From: the human T2T-CHM13v2.0 reference genome, Homo sapiens
Direction: 5' to 3' (one strand)
Length of the DNA stretch: 64,000 nucleotides
NCBI RefSeq assembly: GCF_009914755.1
Contig: NC_060948.1
This document shows positions 12,396-26,610 of the stretch, in pieces. How positions within the stretch are numbered: position 1 is the first letter of the stretch; each line of letters starts with the position of its first letter. The notes under the pieces are model-generated. The model was not told the DNA's origin. It worked only from the letters and a program-made list of their open reading frames with translations, and searched no databases. The translations under genes were made by a program, and so were the position numbers.

Positions 12396-15300
12396 CAATG
12401 GAATGGAATCGAATGGAATGGAAGTGAATAGAATCGAACTAAATCGAATGGAATGGAATTGATAGGAACGGAATGGAAAGGAATGCAATGATTTGGCATG
12501 GAATGGAATCGAATGGCATCGAATGGAATGGAATGGAATGCAATGGAATGGAATGTATTAGAATGTAATGAACATTAATGGAATGTACTCGAATGGATTC
12601 GACTGGAATGGAATGTTCTGGAAGTGAATGGACTCCAATGGAATGGATTCGAAAGGAATGGAATCGAACGGAATGGAATCTAATGGAATGGAATTAAATG
12701 GAAATGAATCAAATTGAATAGCACGGAATTGAATTGAATGGAATCGAATGCAATGGAATCTAATGAAACGGAAAGGAAAGAATGGAATGGAATGGAATGG
12801 GCTGGAATGGAAAGGAATCGAAACGAATGGAATGGAATCGAACTGAAGAGACTGGAATGGAATGCACTGGAATGGAAGGGAGTGTAATGGAAGGTTCTCG
12901 AAAAAAATGGAATCGAATGGAATGGAATTGAATGGAACGGAATAGAGTCGCATGAAATTGAATGGAGTGGAATGGACTAGAGTGAAATGGAATCGAACGA
13001 AAAGGAATGGACAGGAATGGAATGGTCTCGAATTGAATGGAATCGTATGGAATGGCATCAAACGGAATGGAATGGACAGCCACGGAATGGAATGCACTCG
13101 AATGCAATGGAGTCGAAACTAATGGACTGGAATAGAATGGACTCGACTGGTATGGACTCCAATGGAATGGAATCGAATGGAAGGGAATCGAACGGAATGG
13201 ACTCGAAGGGAAAAGACTGCAATGGAAAGGTCTCGAATGGAATGGAAATTAATGGAATGGAATGGAATCGAATGAAATGGAGTCAAAAGGAATGGAATCG
13301 AATGGCAAGAAATCGAATGTAATGGAATCGCAAGGAATTGATGTGAACGGAACGGAATGGAATGGAATCCAAAGGAATGGAATAGAATGGAATGGAATCG
13401 AATGGAAAGGACTCGAATGGAAATCACTCGAATAGAATGAAATTTAATAAAATAGGATCAAATGTAATAGAATGGAATGGAAAGGAATCGAAACGGAAGG
13501 AATGGAGACAGATGGAATGGAATGGAACAGAGAGCAATGGTATAGAATGGAATGGAATCATCTGGAATGGAATTGAATGGAATGGAATAATATGAAATGG
13601 AATGGAATGGAATGGAATGGAATGGAATGCCCTTGAATTAAATGGACTGGACTCGAACAGAGTGGAATGGAAAGTGTTGAGATAGAATGGAATGGACTCC
13701 TTTGGAATGGTGTAGTATGCAATGCAATCGACTGGCAGGGAATCAAAAGGAATGTAATCAAATGGATTGGACTGGAATGCAATGGACTCGAATAGATTGG
13801 AAACGGAATGCAAAGGAATGGAATGGAATAGTATGGAATGCAATGGAAGGGAATGGAGTGGAATAGACTAGAGTGGAATGGAATGGACTGGAAAGCAATG
13901 GACTGGAATGGAACTTTCTTGGATGGACTGGAATCAAACGGAATGGAATGCAATGCAATCAAATGGCATGGAATAAAATAGAATGAAAGAGAATCAAATG
14001 GAATTGAATCGAATGGAATCGAATGGATTGGAAAGGAATAGAATGGAATGGAATGGAATTGACTCAAATGGAATGGACTAGAATGGAATGGATTCGAATG
14101 GAAGGCAAAGGAATGGAATCTATTGGAATGGACTGTAATGGAATGGAATGGAAGGGATTGGAATGGACTCGAATGGAATGGACTGCAATAGAAAGGATTC
14201 GAATGGAATGAAAAAGAATTGAATGGAATAGAACAGAATGGAATCAAATCGAATGGAATGGAATGGAATAGAAAGGAATGGAATGAAATGGAATGGAAAG
14301 GATTCGAATGGAATGCAATCGAATGGAATGGAATCGAACGGAATGGAATAAAATGGAAGAAAACTGGCAAGAAATGGAATCGAAATGAATGGAGTGTTAT
14401 GGAATGGACTCAAAAGGAATTGAATGTAATAGAATGGAGTGGAGTGGACTCGAATATAATGGACTGGAATGGAATGAAATCACATGGAATGGGAACGAAT
14501 GGAATGGAATGGAAAGGAATGGAATCGAATGGAAAGGAATCGAATGGAAGGGAATGAAATTGAATCAACAGGAATGGGAGGGAATAGAATAGACTGTAAT
14601 GGAATGGACTCGAATAGAATGGACACGAATGCTCAAATTAAATTGACTCGAATGGAATGGAAACGAAAGGAATGTCATCGAATGGAATTGAATCGATTGG
14701 AATGAAATCGCATAGAATGGAGTGGAATCAAATGGAATTGAATCGAAAGGAAAGGAAGCGAATGGACTGAAATGAAATGGAATGGAATTGAATGGAATGT
14801 AATGCAATGGAATAGAATGGAACGAAATTTCACGGAATGGAATCAAACTGAATGGAATCAAATCAATGGAATCAAATCAAATGGAATTGAAAGGAATTGA
14901 ATGGAGTAGATGGGATTGGATGGGATTGGAATGAAATGTACTGGAAAGGACTCGAATTTCATGAAACGGAATGGAATGAATTGGAAAGGAATGGACTCGA
15001 ATGGAATGGAATGTCATGGAATGGCATCAAATGGAATGGCATCAAATGGAATGGAATCGAATGCAATGGAATGCTGTGGAATGGAATGGAATGCATTGGA
15101 ATGGAATGTCCTCTAATGGAATGGATTCGAGTGGAATGGAATTGAATATAATGGAGTCGAATGAAATGGAATTGAAAGGAATGGGATCGAATACAATGGA
15201 ATATACTGGAATGTAACGTAATGAACTCGAATGTAATTGACTGGAATGGAATGTACATGAATGGAATGTAATCGAATGGAAAGTAGTCCAATGGAATAGA

Positions 15301-18300
15301 ATCTAATGCAATAAAATCGACTCAGATAGAGTAGAATGTAATGGAATGGAGTGCAGTGCAATGGAATGGAATGGAATGGAATGCAATGGAATGGAATGGA
15401 ATGGAATGGAATGGAATGGAATGGGATGGAATGGTATGGAATGGATAGTAATGGACTGGAGTGAAATGGACTGGAAAGGAATGGACTCAAATTGAAAGGT
15501 CTCGAAAGGAATGGAGTCAAATGGAATGGTCTGGAATGGAATGAACACGAATGTAATGCAATCCAATAGAATGGAATCGAATGGCATGGAATATAAAGAA
15601 ATGGAATCGAAGAGAATGGAAACAAATGGAATGGAATTGAATGGAATGGAATTGAATGGAATGGGAACGAATGGAGTGAAATTGTATGCAGTAGAAGAGA
15701 ATAGAATGGAATGCAAGCGAAAGGAAAGGAATGGATTGGAATGGAATGGAATTCATTGGAATGGAAGGGAATGTAGTGTAATGGACAGGCCTGGAATAAA
15801 GTGGAATGCTACGGTCTCGAATGGAATAAAAATGTATGGAATGGAATGCAATGAAACGGAATCGAATGTCATAGAATGTAATGGAATGCAAAAAAATGGA
15901 ATCCAAAATCATTGAATGGAAAGGCTGGGTGTCGAAAGGAATTGACTCCAATGGAATGGAATCGAATGGAATGGAAGTGAATAGAATCGAACTAAATCGA
16001 ATGGAATGGAATTGATAGGAACGGAATGGAAAGGATTGCAATGATTTGGCATGGAATGGAATCGAATGGCATCGAATGGAATGGAATGGAATGCAATGGA
16101 ATGGAATGTATTAGAATGTAATGAACTTTAATGGAATGTACTCGAATGGATTCGACTGGAATGGAATGTTCTGGAAGTGAATGGACTCCAATGGAATGGA
16201 TTCAAAAGGAATGGAATCGTACGGAATGGAATCTAATGGAATGGAATTAAATGGAAATGAATCAAATTGAATAGCACGGAATTGAATTGAATGGAATGGA
16301 ATGCAATGGAATCTAATGAAACGGAAAGGAAAGGAATGGAATGGAATGGAATGGGCTGGAATGGAAAGGAATCGAAACGAATGGAATGGAATCGAAGTGA
16401 AGAGACTGGAATGGTATGCACTGGAATGGAAGGGAGTGTAATGGAAGGTTCTCGAAAAAAATGGAATCGAATGGAATGCAATTGAATGGAACGGAATAGA
16501 GTCGAATGGAATTGAATGGAATGGAATGGACTAGAGTGAAATGGAATCGAACCACAAGGAATGGACAGGAATAGAATGGTCTCGAATTGAATGGAATCGT
16601 ATGGAATGGCATCAAACGGAATGGAATGGACAGCCACGGAATGGAATGCACTCGAATGCAATGGAGTCGAAATTAATGGACTGGAATAGAATGGACTCGA
16701 CTGGTACGGACTCCAATGGAATGGAATCGAATGGAAGGGAATCGAACGTAATGGACTCGAAGGGAAAAGACTGCAATGGAAAGGTCTCGAATGGAATGGA
16801 AATTAATGGAATGGAATGGAATCGAATGAAATGGAGTCAAAAGGAATGGAATCGAATGGCAAGAAATCGAATGTAATGGAATCGCAAGGAATTGATGTGA
16901 ACGGAACGGAATGGAATGGAATCCAAAGGAATGGAATAGAATGGAATGGAAACGAATGGAAAGGACTCCAATGGAAATCACTCGAATAGAATGCAATTTA
17001 ATAAAATAGGATCAAATGTAATAGAATGGAACGGAAAGGAATCGAAACGGAAGGAATGGAGACAGATGGAATGGAATGGAACAGAGAGCAATGGTATAGA
17101 ATGGAATGGAATCATCTGGAATGGAATTGAATGGAATGGAATGATATGAAATGGAATGGAATGGAATGGAATGGAATGCCCTTGAATTAAATGGACTGGA
17201 CTCGAACAGAGTGGAATGGAAAGTGTTGAGATAGAATGGAATGGACTCCTTTGGAATGGTGTAGTATGCAATGCAATCGACTGGCAGGGAATCAAAAGGA
17301 ATGTAATCGAATGGATTGGACTGGAATGCAATGGACTCGAATAGATTGGAAACGGAATGCAAAGGAATGGAATGGAATAGTATGGAATGCAATGGAAGGG
17401 AATGGAGTGGAATAGACTAGAGTGGAATGGAATGGACTGGAAAGCAATGGAGTGGAATGGAACTTTCTTGGATGGACTGGAATCAAACGGAATGGAATGC
17501 AATGCAATCAAATGGCATGGAATAAAATAGAATGAAAGAGAATCAAATGGAATTGAATCGAATGGAATCGAATGGATTGGAAAGGAATAGAATGGAATGG
17601 AATGGAATTGACTCAAATGGAATGGACTAGAATGGAATGGATTCGAATGGAAGGCAAAGGAATGGAATCTATTGGAATGGACTGTAATGGAATGGAATGG
17701 AAGGGATTGGAATGGACTCGAATGGAATGGACTGCAATAGAAAGGATTCGAATGGAATGAAAAAGAATTGAATGGAATAGAACAGAATGGAATCAAATCG
17801 AATGGAATGGAATGGAATAGAAAGGAATGGAATGAAATGGAATGGAAAGGATTCGAATGGAATGCAATCGAATGGAATGGAATCGAACGGAATGGAATAA
17901 AATGGAAGAAAACTGGCAAGAAATGGAATCGAAATGAATGGAGTGTTATGGAACGGACTCAAAAGGAATTGAATGTAATAGAATGGAGTGGAGTGGACTC
18001 GAATATAATGGACTGGAATGGAATGAAATCACATGGAATGGGAACGAATGGAATGGAATGGAAAGGAATGGAATCGAATGGAAAGGAATCGAATGGAAGG
18101 GAATGAAATTGAATCAACAGGAATGGAAGGGAATAGAATAGACTGTAATGGAATGGACTCGAATAGAATGGACACGAATGCTCAAATTAAATGGACTCGA
18201 ATGGAATGGAAACGAAAGGAATGTCATCGAATGGAATTGAATCGATTGGAATGAAATCGCATAGAATGGAGTGGAATCAAATGGAATTGAATCGAAAGGA

Positions 18301-21300
18301 AAGGAAGCGAATGGACTGAAATGAAATGGAATGGAATTGAATGGAAAGTAATGCAATGGAATAGAATGGAACGAAATTTCACGGAATGGAATCAAACTGA
18401 ATGGAATCAAATCAATGGAATCAAATCAAATGGAATGGAAAGGAATTGAATGGAGTAGATGGGATTGGATGGGATTGGAATGAAATGTACTGGAAAGGAC
18501 TCGAATTTCATGAAACGGAATGGAATGAATTGGAACGGAATGGACTCGAATGGAATGGAATGTCATGGAATGGCATCAAATGGAATGGCATCAAATGGAA
18601 TGGAATCGAATGCAATGGAATGCTATGGAATGGAATGGAATGCATTGGAATGGAATGTCCTCTAATGGAATGGATTCGAGAGAAATGGAATTGAATGTAA
18701 TGGAGTCGAATGAAATGGAATTGAAAGGAATGGGATCGAATACAATGGAATATACTGGAATGTAACGTAATGAACTCGAATGTAATTGACTGGAATGGAA
18801 TGTACATGAATGGAATGTAATCGAATGGAAAGTAATCCAATGGAATAGAATCTAATGCAATAAAATCGACTCAGATAGAGTAGAATGTAATGGAATGGAG
18901 TGCAGTGCAATGGAATGGAATGGAATGGAATGCAATGGAATGTAATGGAATGGAATGGAATGGAATGGAATGGAATGGAATGGGATGGAATGGTATGGAA
19001 TGGATAGTAATGGACTGGAATGAAATGGACTGGAAAAGAATGGACTCAAATTGAAAGGGCTCGAAAGGAATGGAGTCAAATGGAATGGTCTGGAATGGAA
19101 TGAACACGAATGTAATGCAATCCAATAGAATGGAATCGAATGGCATGGAATATAAAGAAATGGAATCGAAGAGAATGGAAACAAATGGAATGGAATTGAA
19201 TGGAATGGAATTGAATGGAATGGGAACGAATGGAGTGAAATTGTATGCAGTAGAAGAGAATAGAATGGAATGCAAGCGAAAGGAAAGGAATGGATTGGAA
19301 TGGAATGGAATTCATTGGAATGGAAGGGAATGTAGTGTAATGGACAGGCCTGGAATAAAGTGGAATGCTACGGTCTCGAATGGAATAAAAATGTATGGAA
19401 TGGAATGCAATGAAACGGAATCGATTGTCATAGAATGTAATGGAATGCAAAAAAATGGAATCCAAAATCATTGACTGGAAAGGCTGGGTGTCGAAAGGAA
19501 TTGACTCCAATGGAATGGAATCGAATGGAATGGAAGTGAATAGAATCGAACTAAATCGAATGGAATGGAATTGATAGGAACGGAATGGAAAGGAATGCAA
19601 TGATTTGGCATGGAATGGAATCGAATGGCATCGAATGGAATGGAATGGAATGCAATGGAATGGAATGTATTAGAATGTAATGAACATTAATGGAATGTAC
19701 TCGAATGGATTCGACTGGAATGGAATGTTCTGGAAGTGAATGGACTCCAATGGAATGGATTCGAAAGGAATGGAATCGAACGGAATGGAATCTAATGGAA
19801 TGGAATTAAATGGAAATGAATCAAATTGAATAGCACGGAATTGAATTGAATGGAATGGAATGCAATGGAATCTAATGAAACGGAAAGGAAAGGAATGGAA
19901 TGGAATGGAATGGGCTGGAATGGAAAGGAATCGAAACGAATGGAATGGAATCGAACTGAAGAGACTGGAATGGAATGCACTGGAATGGAAGGGAGTGTAA
20001 TGGAAGGTTCTCGAAAATAATGGAAGCAAATGGAATGGAATTGAATGGAACGGAATAGAGTCGAATGGAATTGAATGGAATGGAATGGACTAGAGTGAAA
20101 TGGAATCGAACCACAAGGAATGGACAGGAATAGAATGGTCTCGAATTGAATGGAATCGTATGGAATGGCATCAAACGGAATGGAATGGACAGCCACGGAA
20201 TGGAATGCACTCGAATGCAATGGAGTCGAAACTTATGGACTGGAATAGATTGGACTCGACTGGTACGGACTCCAATGGAATGGAATCGAATGGAAGGGAT
20301 TCGAACGGAATGGACTCGAAGGGAAAAGACTGCAATGGATAGGTCTCGAATGGAATGGAAATTAATGGAATGGAATGGAATCGAATGAAATGGAGTCAAA
20401 AGGAATGGAATCGAATGGCAAGAAATCGAATGTAATGGAATCGCAAGGAATTGATGTGAACGGAACGGAATGGAATGGAATCCAAAGGAATGGAATAGAA
20501 TGGAATGGAATCGAATGGAAAGGACTCGAATGGAAATCACTCGAATAGAATGCAATTTAATAAAATAGGATCAAATGTAATTGAATGGAATGGAAAGGAA
20601 TCGAAACGAAAGGAATGGAGACAGATGGAATGGAATGGAACAGAGAGCAATGGTATAGAATGGAATGGAATCATCTGGAATGGAATTGAATGGAATGGAA
20701 TAATATGAAATGGAATGGAATGGAATGGAATGGAATGCCCTTGAATTAAATGGACTGGAATGGAATGGACTCGAACAGAGTGGAATGGAAAGTGTTGAGA
20801 TAGAATGGAATGGACTCCTTTGGAATGGTCTAGTATGCAATGCAATCGACTGGCAGGGAATCAAAAGGAATGTAATCGAATGGATTAGACTGGAATGCAA
20901 TGGACTCGAATAGATTGGAAACGGAATGCAAAGGAATGGAATGGAATAGTATGGAATGGAATGGAAAGGAATGGAGTGGAATAGACTAGAGTGGAATGGA
21001 ATGGACTGGAAAGCAATGGACTGGAATGGAACTTTCTTGAATGGACTGGAATCAAACGGAATGGAATGCAATGCAATCAAATGGCATGGAATAAAATAGA
21101 ATGAAAGAGAATCAAATGGAATTGAATCGAATGGAATCGAATGGATTGGAAAGGAATAGAATGGAATGGAATGGAATGGACTCAAATGGAATGGACTAGA
21201 ATGGAATGGATTCGAATGGAAGGCAAAGGAATGGAATCTATTGGAATGGACTGTAATGGAATGGAATGGAAGGGATTGGAATGGACTCGAATGGAATGGA

Positions 21301-24300
21301 CTGCAATAGAAAGGATTCGAATGGAATGAAAAAGAATTGAATGGAATAGAACAGAATGGAATCAAATCGAATGAAATGGAATGGAATAGAAAGGAATGGA
21401 ATGAAATGGAATGGAAAGGATTCGAATGGAATGCAATCGAATGGAATGGAATCGAACGGAATGGAATAAAATGGAAGAAAACTGGCAAGAAATGGAATCG
21501 AAATGAATGGAGTGTTATGGAACGGACTCAAAAGGAATTGAATGTAATAGAATGGAGTGGAGTGGACTCGAATATAATGGACTGGAATGGAATGAAATCA
21601 CATGGAATGGGAACGAATGGAATGGAATGGAAAGGAATGGAATCGAATGGAAAGGAATCGAATGGAAGGGAATGAAATTGAATCAACAGGAATGGAAGGG
21701 AATAGAATAGACGGTAATGGAATGGACTCGAATAGAATGGACACGAATGCTCAAATTGAATGGACTCGAATGGAATGGAAACGAAAGGAATGTCATCGAA
21801 TGGAATTGAATCGATTGGAATGAAATCGCATAGAATGGAGTGGAATCAAATGGAATTGAATCGAAAGGAAAGGAAGCGAATGGACTGAAATGAAATGGAA
21901 TGGAATTGAATGGAAAGTAATGCAATGGAATAGAATGGAACGAAATTTCACGGAATGGAATCAAACTGAATGGAATCAAATCAATGGAATCAAATCAAAT
22001 GGAATGGAAAGGAATTGAATGGAGTAGATTGGATTGGATGGGATTGGAATGAAATGTACTGGAAAGGACTCGAATTTCATGAAACGGAATGGAATGAATT
22101 GGAACGGAATGGACTCGAATGGAATGGAATGTCATGGAATGGCATCAAATGGAATGGCATCAAATGGAATGGAATCGAATGCAATGGAATGCTATGGAAT
22201 GGAATGGAATGCATTGGAATGGAATGTCCTCTAATGGAATGGATTCGAGTGGAATGGAATCGAATATAATGGAGTCGAATGAAATGGAATTGAAAGGAAT
22301 GGGATCGAATACAATGGAATATACTGGAATGTAATGTAATGAACTCGAATGTAATTGACTGGAATGGAATGTACATGAATGGAATGTAATCGAATGGAAA
22401 GTAATCCAATGGAATAGAATCTAATGCAATAAAATCGACTCAGATAGAGTAGAATGTAATGGAATGGAGTGCAGTGCAATGGAATGGAATGGAATGGAAT
22501 GCAATGGAATGGAATGGAATGGAACGGAATGGAATGGAATGGGATGGAATGGTACGGAATGGACAGTAATGGACTGGAATGAAATGGACTGGAAAAGAAT
22601 GGACTCAAATTGAAAGGGCTCGAAAGGAATGGAGTCAAATGGAATAGTCTGGAATGGAATGAACACGAATGTAATGCAATCCAATAGAATGGAATCGAAT
22701 GGCATGGAATATAAAGAAATGGAATCGAAGAGAATGGAAACAAATGGAATGGAATTGAATGGAATGGAATTGAATGGAATGGGAAGGAATGGAGTGAAAT
22801 TGTATGCAGTAGAAGAGAATAGAATGGAATGCAAGCGAAAGGAAAGGAATGGATTGCAATGGAATGGAATTCATTGGAATGGAAGGGAATGTAGTGTAAT
22901 GGACAGGCCTGGAATAAAGTGGAATGTTACGGTCTCGAATGGAATAAAAATGTATGGAATGGAATGCAATGAAACGGAATCGAATGTCATAGAATGTAAT
23001 GGAATGCAAAAAAATGGAATCCAAAATCATTGACTGGAAAGGCTGGGTGTCGAAAGGAATTGACTCCAATGGAATGGAATCGAATGGAATGGAAGTGAAT
23101 AGAATCGAACTAAATCGAATGGAATGGAATTGATAGGAACGGAATGGAAAGGAATGCAATGATTTGGCATGGAATGCAATCGAATGGCATCGAATGGAAT
23201 GGAATGGAATGCAATGGAATGGAATGTATTAGAATGTAATGAACATTAATGGAATGTACTCGAATGGATTCGACTGGAATGGAATGTTCTGGAAGTGAAT
23301 GGACTCCAATGGAATGGATTCGAAAGGAATGGAATCGAACGGAATGGAATCTAATGGAATGGAATTAAATGGAAATGAATCAAATTGAATAGCACGGAAT
23401 TGAATTGAATGGAATCGAATGCAATGGAATCTAATGAAACGGAAAGGAAAGGAATGGAATGGAATGGAATGGGCTGGAATGGAAAGGAATCGAAACGAAT
23501 GGAATGGAATCGAACTGAAGAGACTGGAATGGAATGCACTGGAATGGAAGGGAGTGTAATGGAAGGTTCTCGAAAATAATGGAAGCAAATGGAATGGAAT
23601 TGAATGGAACGGAATAGAGTCGAATGGAATTGAATGGAATGGAATGGACTAGAGTGAAATGGAATCGAACCACAAGGAATGGACAGGAATAGAATGGTCT
23701 CGAATTGAATGGAATCGTATGGAATGGCATCAAACGGAATGGAATGGACAGCCACGGAATGGAATGCACTCGAATGCAATGGAGTCGAAACTTATGGACT
23801 GGAATAGAATGGACTCGACTGGTACGGACTCCAATGGAATGGAATCGAATGGAAGGGATTCGAACGGAATGGACTCGAAGGGAAAAGACTGCAATGGAAA
23901 GGTCTCGAATGGAATGGAAATTAATGGAATGGAATGGAATCGAATGAAATGGAGTCAAAAGGAATGGAATCGAATGGCAAGAAATCGAATGTAATGGAAT
24001 CGGAAGGAATTGATGTGAACGGAACGGAATGGAATGGAATCCAAAGGAATGGAATAGAATGGAATGGAATCGAATGGAAAGGACTCGAATGGAAATCACT
24101 CGAATGGAATGAAATTTAATAAAATAGGATCAAATGTAATTGAATGGAATGGAAAGGAATCGAAACGAAAGGAATGGAGACAGATGGAATGGAATGGAAC
24201 AGAGAGCAATGGTATAGAATGGAATGGAATCATCTGGAATGGAATTGAATGGAATGGAATAATATGAAATGGAATGGAATGGAATGGAATGGAATGCCCT

Positions 24301-26610
24301 TGAATTAAATGGACTGGAATGGAATGGACTCGAACAGAGTGGAATGGAAAGTGTTGAGATAGAATGGAATGGACTCTTTTAGAATGGTCTAGTATGCAAT
24401 GCAATCGACTGGCAGGGAATCAAAAGGAATGTAATCGAATGGATTGGACTGGAATGCAATGGACTCGAATAGATTGGAAACGGAATGCAAAGGAATGGAA
24501 TGGAATAGTATGGAATGGAATGGAAAGGAATGGAGTGGAATAGACTAGAGTGGAATGGAATGGACTGGAAAGCAATGGACTGGAATGGAACTTTCTTGAA
24601 TGGACTGGAATCAAACGGAATGGAATGCAATGCAATCAAATGGCATGGAATAAAATAGAATGAAAGAGAATCAAATGGAATTGAATCGAATGGAATCGAA
24701 TGGATTGGAAAGGAATAGAATGGAATGGAATGGAATTGACTCAAATGGAATGGACTAGAATGGAATGGATTCGAATGGAAGGCAAAGGAATGGAATCTAT
24801 TGGAATGGACAGTAATGGAATGGAATGGAAGGGATTGGAATGGACTCGAATGGAATGGACTGCAATAGAAAGGATTCGAATGGAATGAAAAAGAATTGAA
24901 TGGAATAGAACAGAATGGAATCAAATCGAATGAAATGGAATGGAATAGAAAGGAATGGAATGAAATGGAATGGAAAGGATTCGAATGGAATGCAATCGAA
25001 TGGAATGGAATCGAACGGAATGGAATAAAATGGAAGAAAACTGGCAAGAAATGGAATCGAAATGAATGGAGTGTTATGGAACGGACTCAAAAGGAATTGA
25101 ATGTAATAGAATGGAGTGGAGTGGACTCGAATATAATGAACTGGAATGGAATGAAATCACATGGAATGGGAACGAATGGAATGGAATGGAAAGGAATGGA
25201 ATCGAATGGAAAGGAATCGAATGGAAGGGAATGAAATTGAATCAACAGGAATGGAAGGGAATAGAATAGACGGTAATGGAATGGACTCGAATAGAATGGA
25301 CACGAATGCTCAAATTGAATGGACTCGAATGGAATGGAAACAAAAGGAATGTCATCGAATGGAATTGAATCGATTGGAATGAAATCGCATAGAATGGAGT
25401 GGAATCAAATGGAATTGAATCGAAAGGAAAGGAAGCGAATGGACTGAAATGAAATGGAATGGAATTGAATGGAAAGTAATGCAATGGAATAGAATGGAAC
25501 GAAATTTCACGGAATGGAATCAAACTGAATGGAATCAAATCAATGGAATCAAATCAAATGGAATGGAAAGGAATTGAATGGAGTAGATTGGATTGGATGG
25601 GATTGGAATGAAATGTACTGGAAAGGACTCGAATTTCATGAAACGGAATGGAATGAATTGGAACGGAATGGACTCGAATAGAATGGAATGTCATGGAATG
25701 GCATCAAATGGAATGGCATCAAATGGAATGGAATCGAATGCAATGGAATGCTATGGAATGGAATGGAATGCATTGGAATGGAATGTCCTCTAATGGAATG
25801 GATTCGAGTGGAATGGAATCGAATATAATGGAGTCGAATGAAATGGAATTGAAAGGAATGGGATCGAATACAATGGAATATACTGGAATGTAATGTAATG
25901 AACTCGAATGTAATTGACTGGAATGGAATGTACATGAATGGAATGTAATCGAATGGAAAGTAATCCAATGGAATAGAATCTAATGCAATAAAATCGACTC
26001 AGATAGAGTAGAATGTAATGGAATGGAGTGCAGTGCAATGGAATGGAATGGAATGGAGTGCAATGGAATGGAATGGAATGGAATGGGATGGAATGGTATG
26101 GAATGGATAGTAATGGACTGGAATGAAATGGACTGGAAAAGAATGGACTCAAATTGAAAGGGCTCGAAAGGAATGGAGTCAAATGGAATGGTCTGGAATG
26201 GAATGAACACGAATGTAATGCAATCCAATAGAATGGAATCGAATGGCATGGAATATAAAGAAATGGAATCGAAGAGAATGGAAACAAATGGAATGGAATT
26301 GAATGGAATGGAATTGAATGGAATGGGAACGAATGGAGTGAAATTGTATGCAGTAGAAGAGAATAGACTGGAATGCAAGCGAAAGGAAAGGAATGGATTG
26401 CAATGGAATGGAATTCATTGGAATGGAAGGGAATGTAGTGTAATGGACAGGCCTGGAATAAAGTGGAATGCTACGGTCTCGAATGGAATAAAAATGTATG
26501 GAATGGAATGCAATGAAACGGAATCGAATGTCATAGAATGTAATGGAATGCAAAAAAATGGAATCCAAAATCATTGACTGGAAAGGCTGGGTGTCGAAAG
26601 GAATTGACTC
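12396..26610 (+). repeat. Copy 1 of a 14,215-bp (4-unit) tandem duplication
   Basis: Private variants and indels recur at exactly +14,215. ORF landmarks: 12558/26773, 15511/29726, 19070/33285, 22629/36844, 26173/40388. The last mismatch on the left is G12395 vs C26610. Confidence 0.92.
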
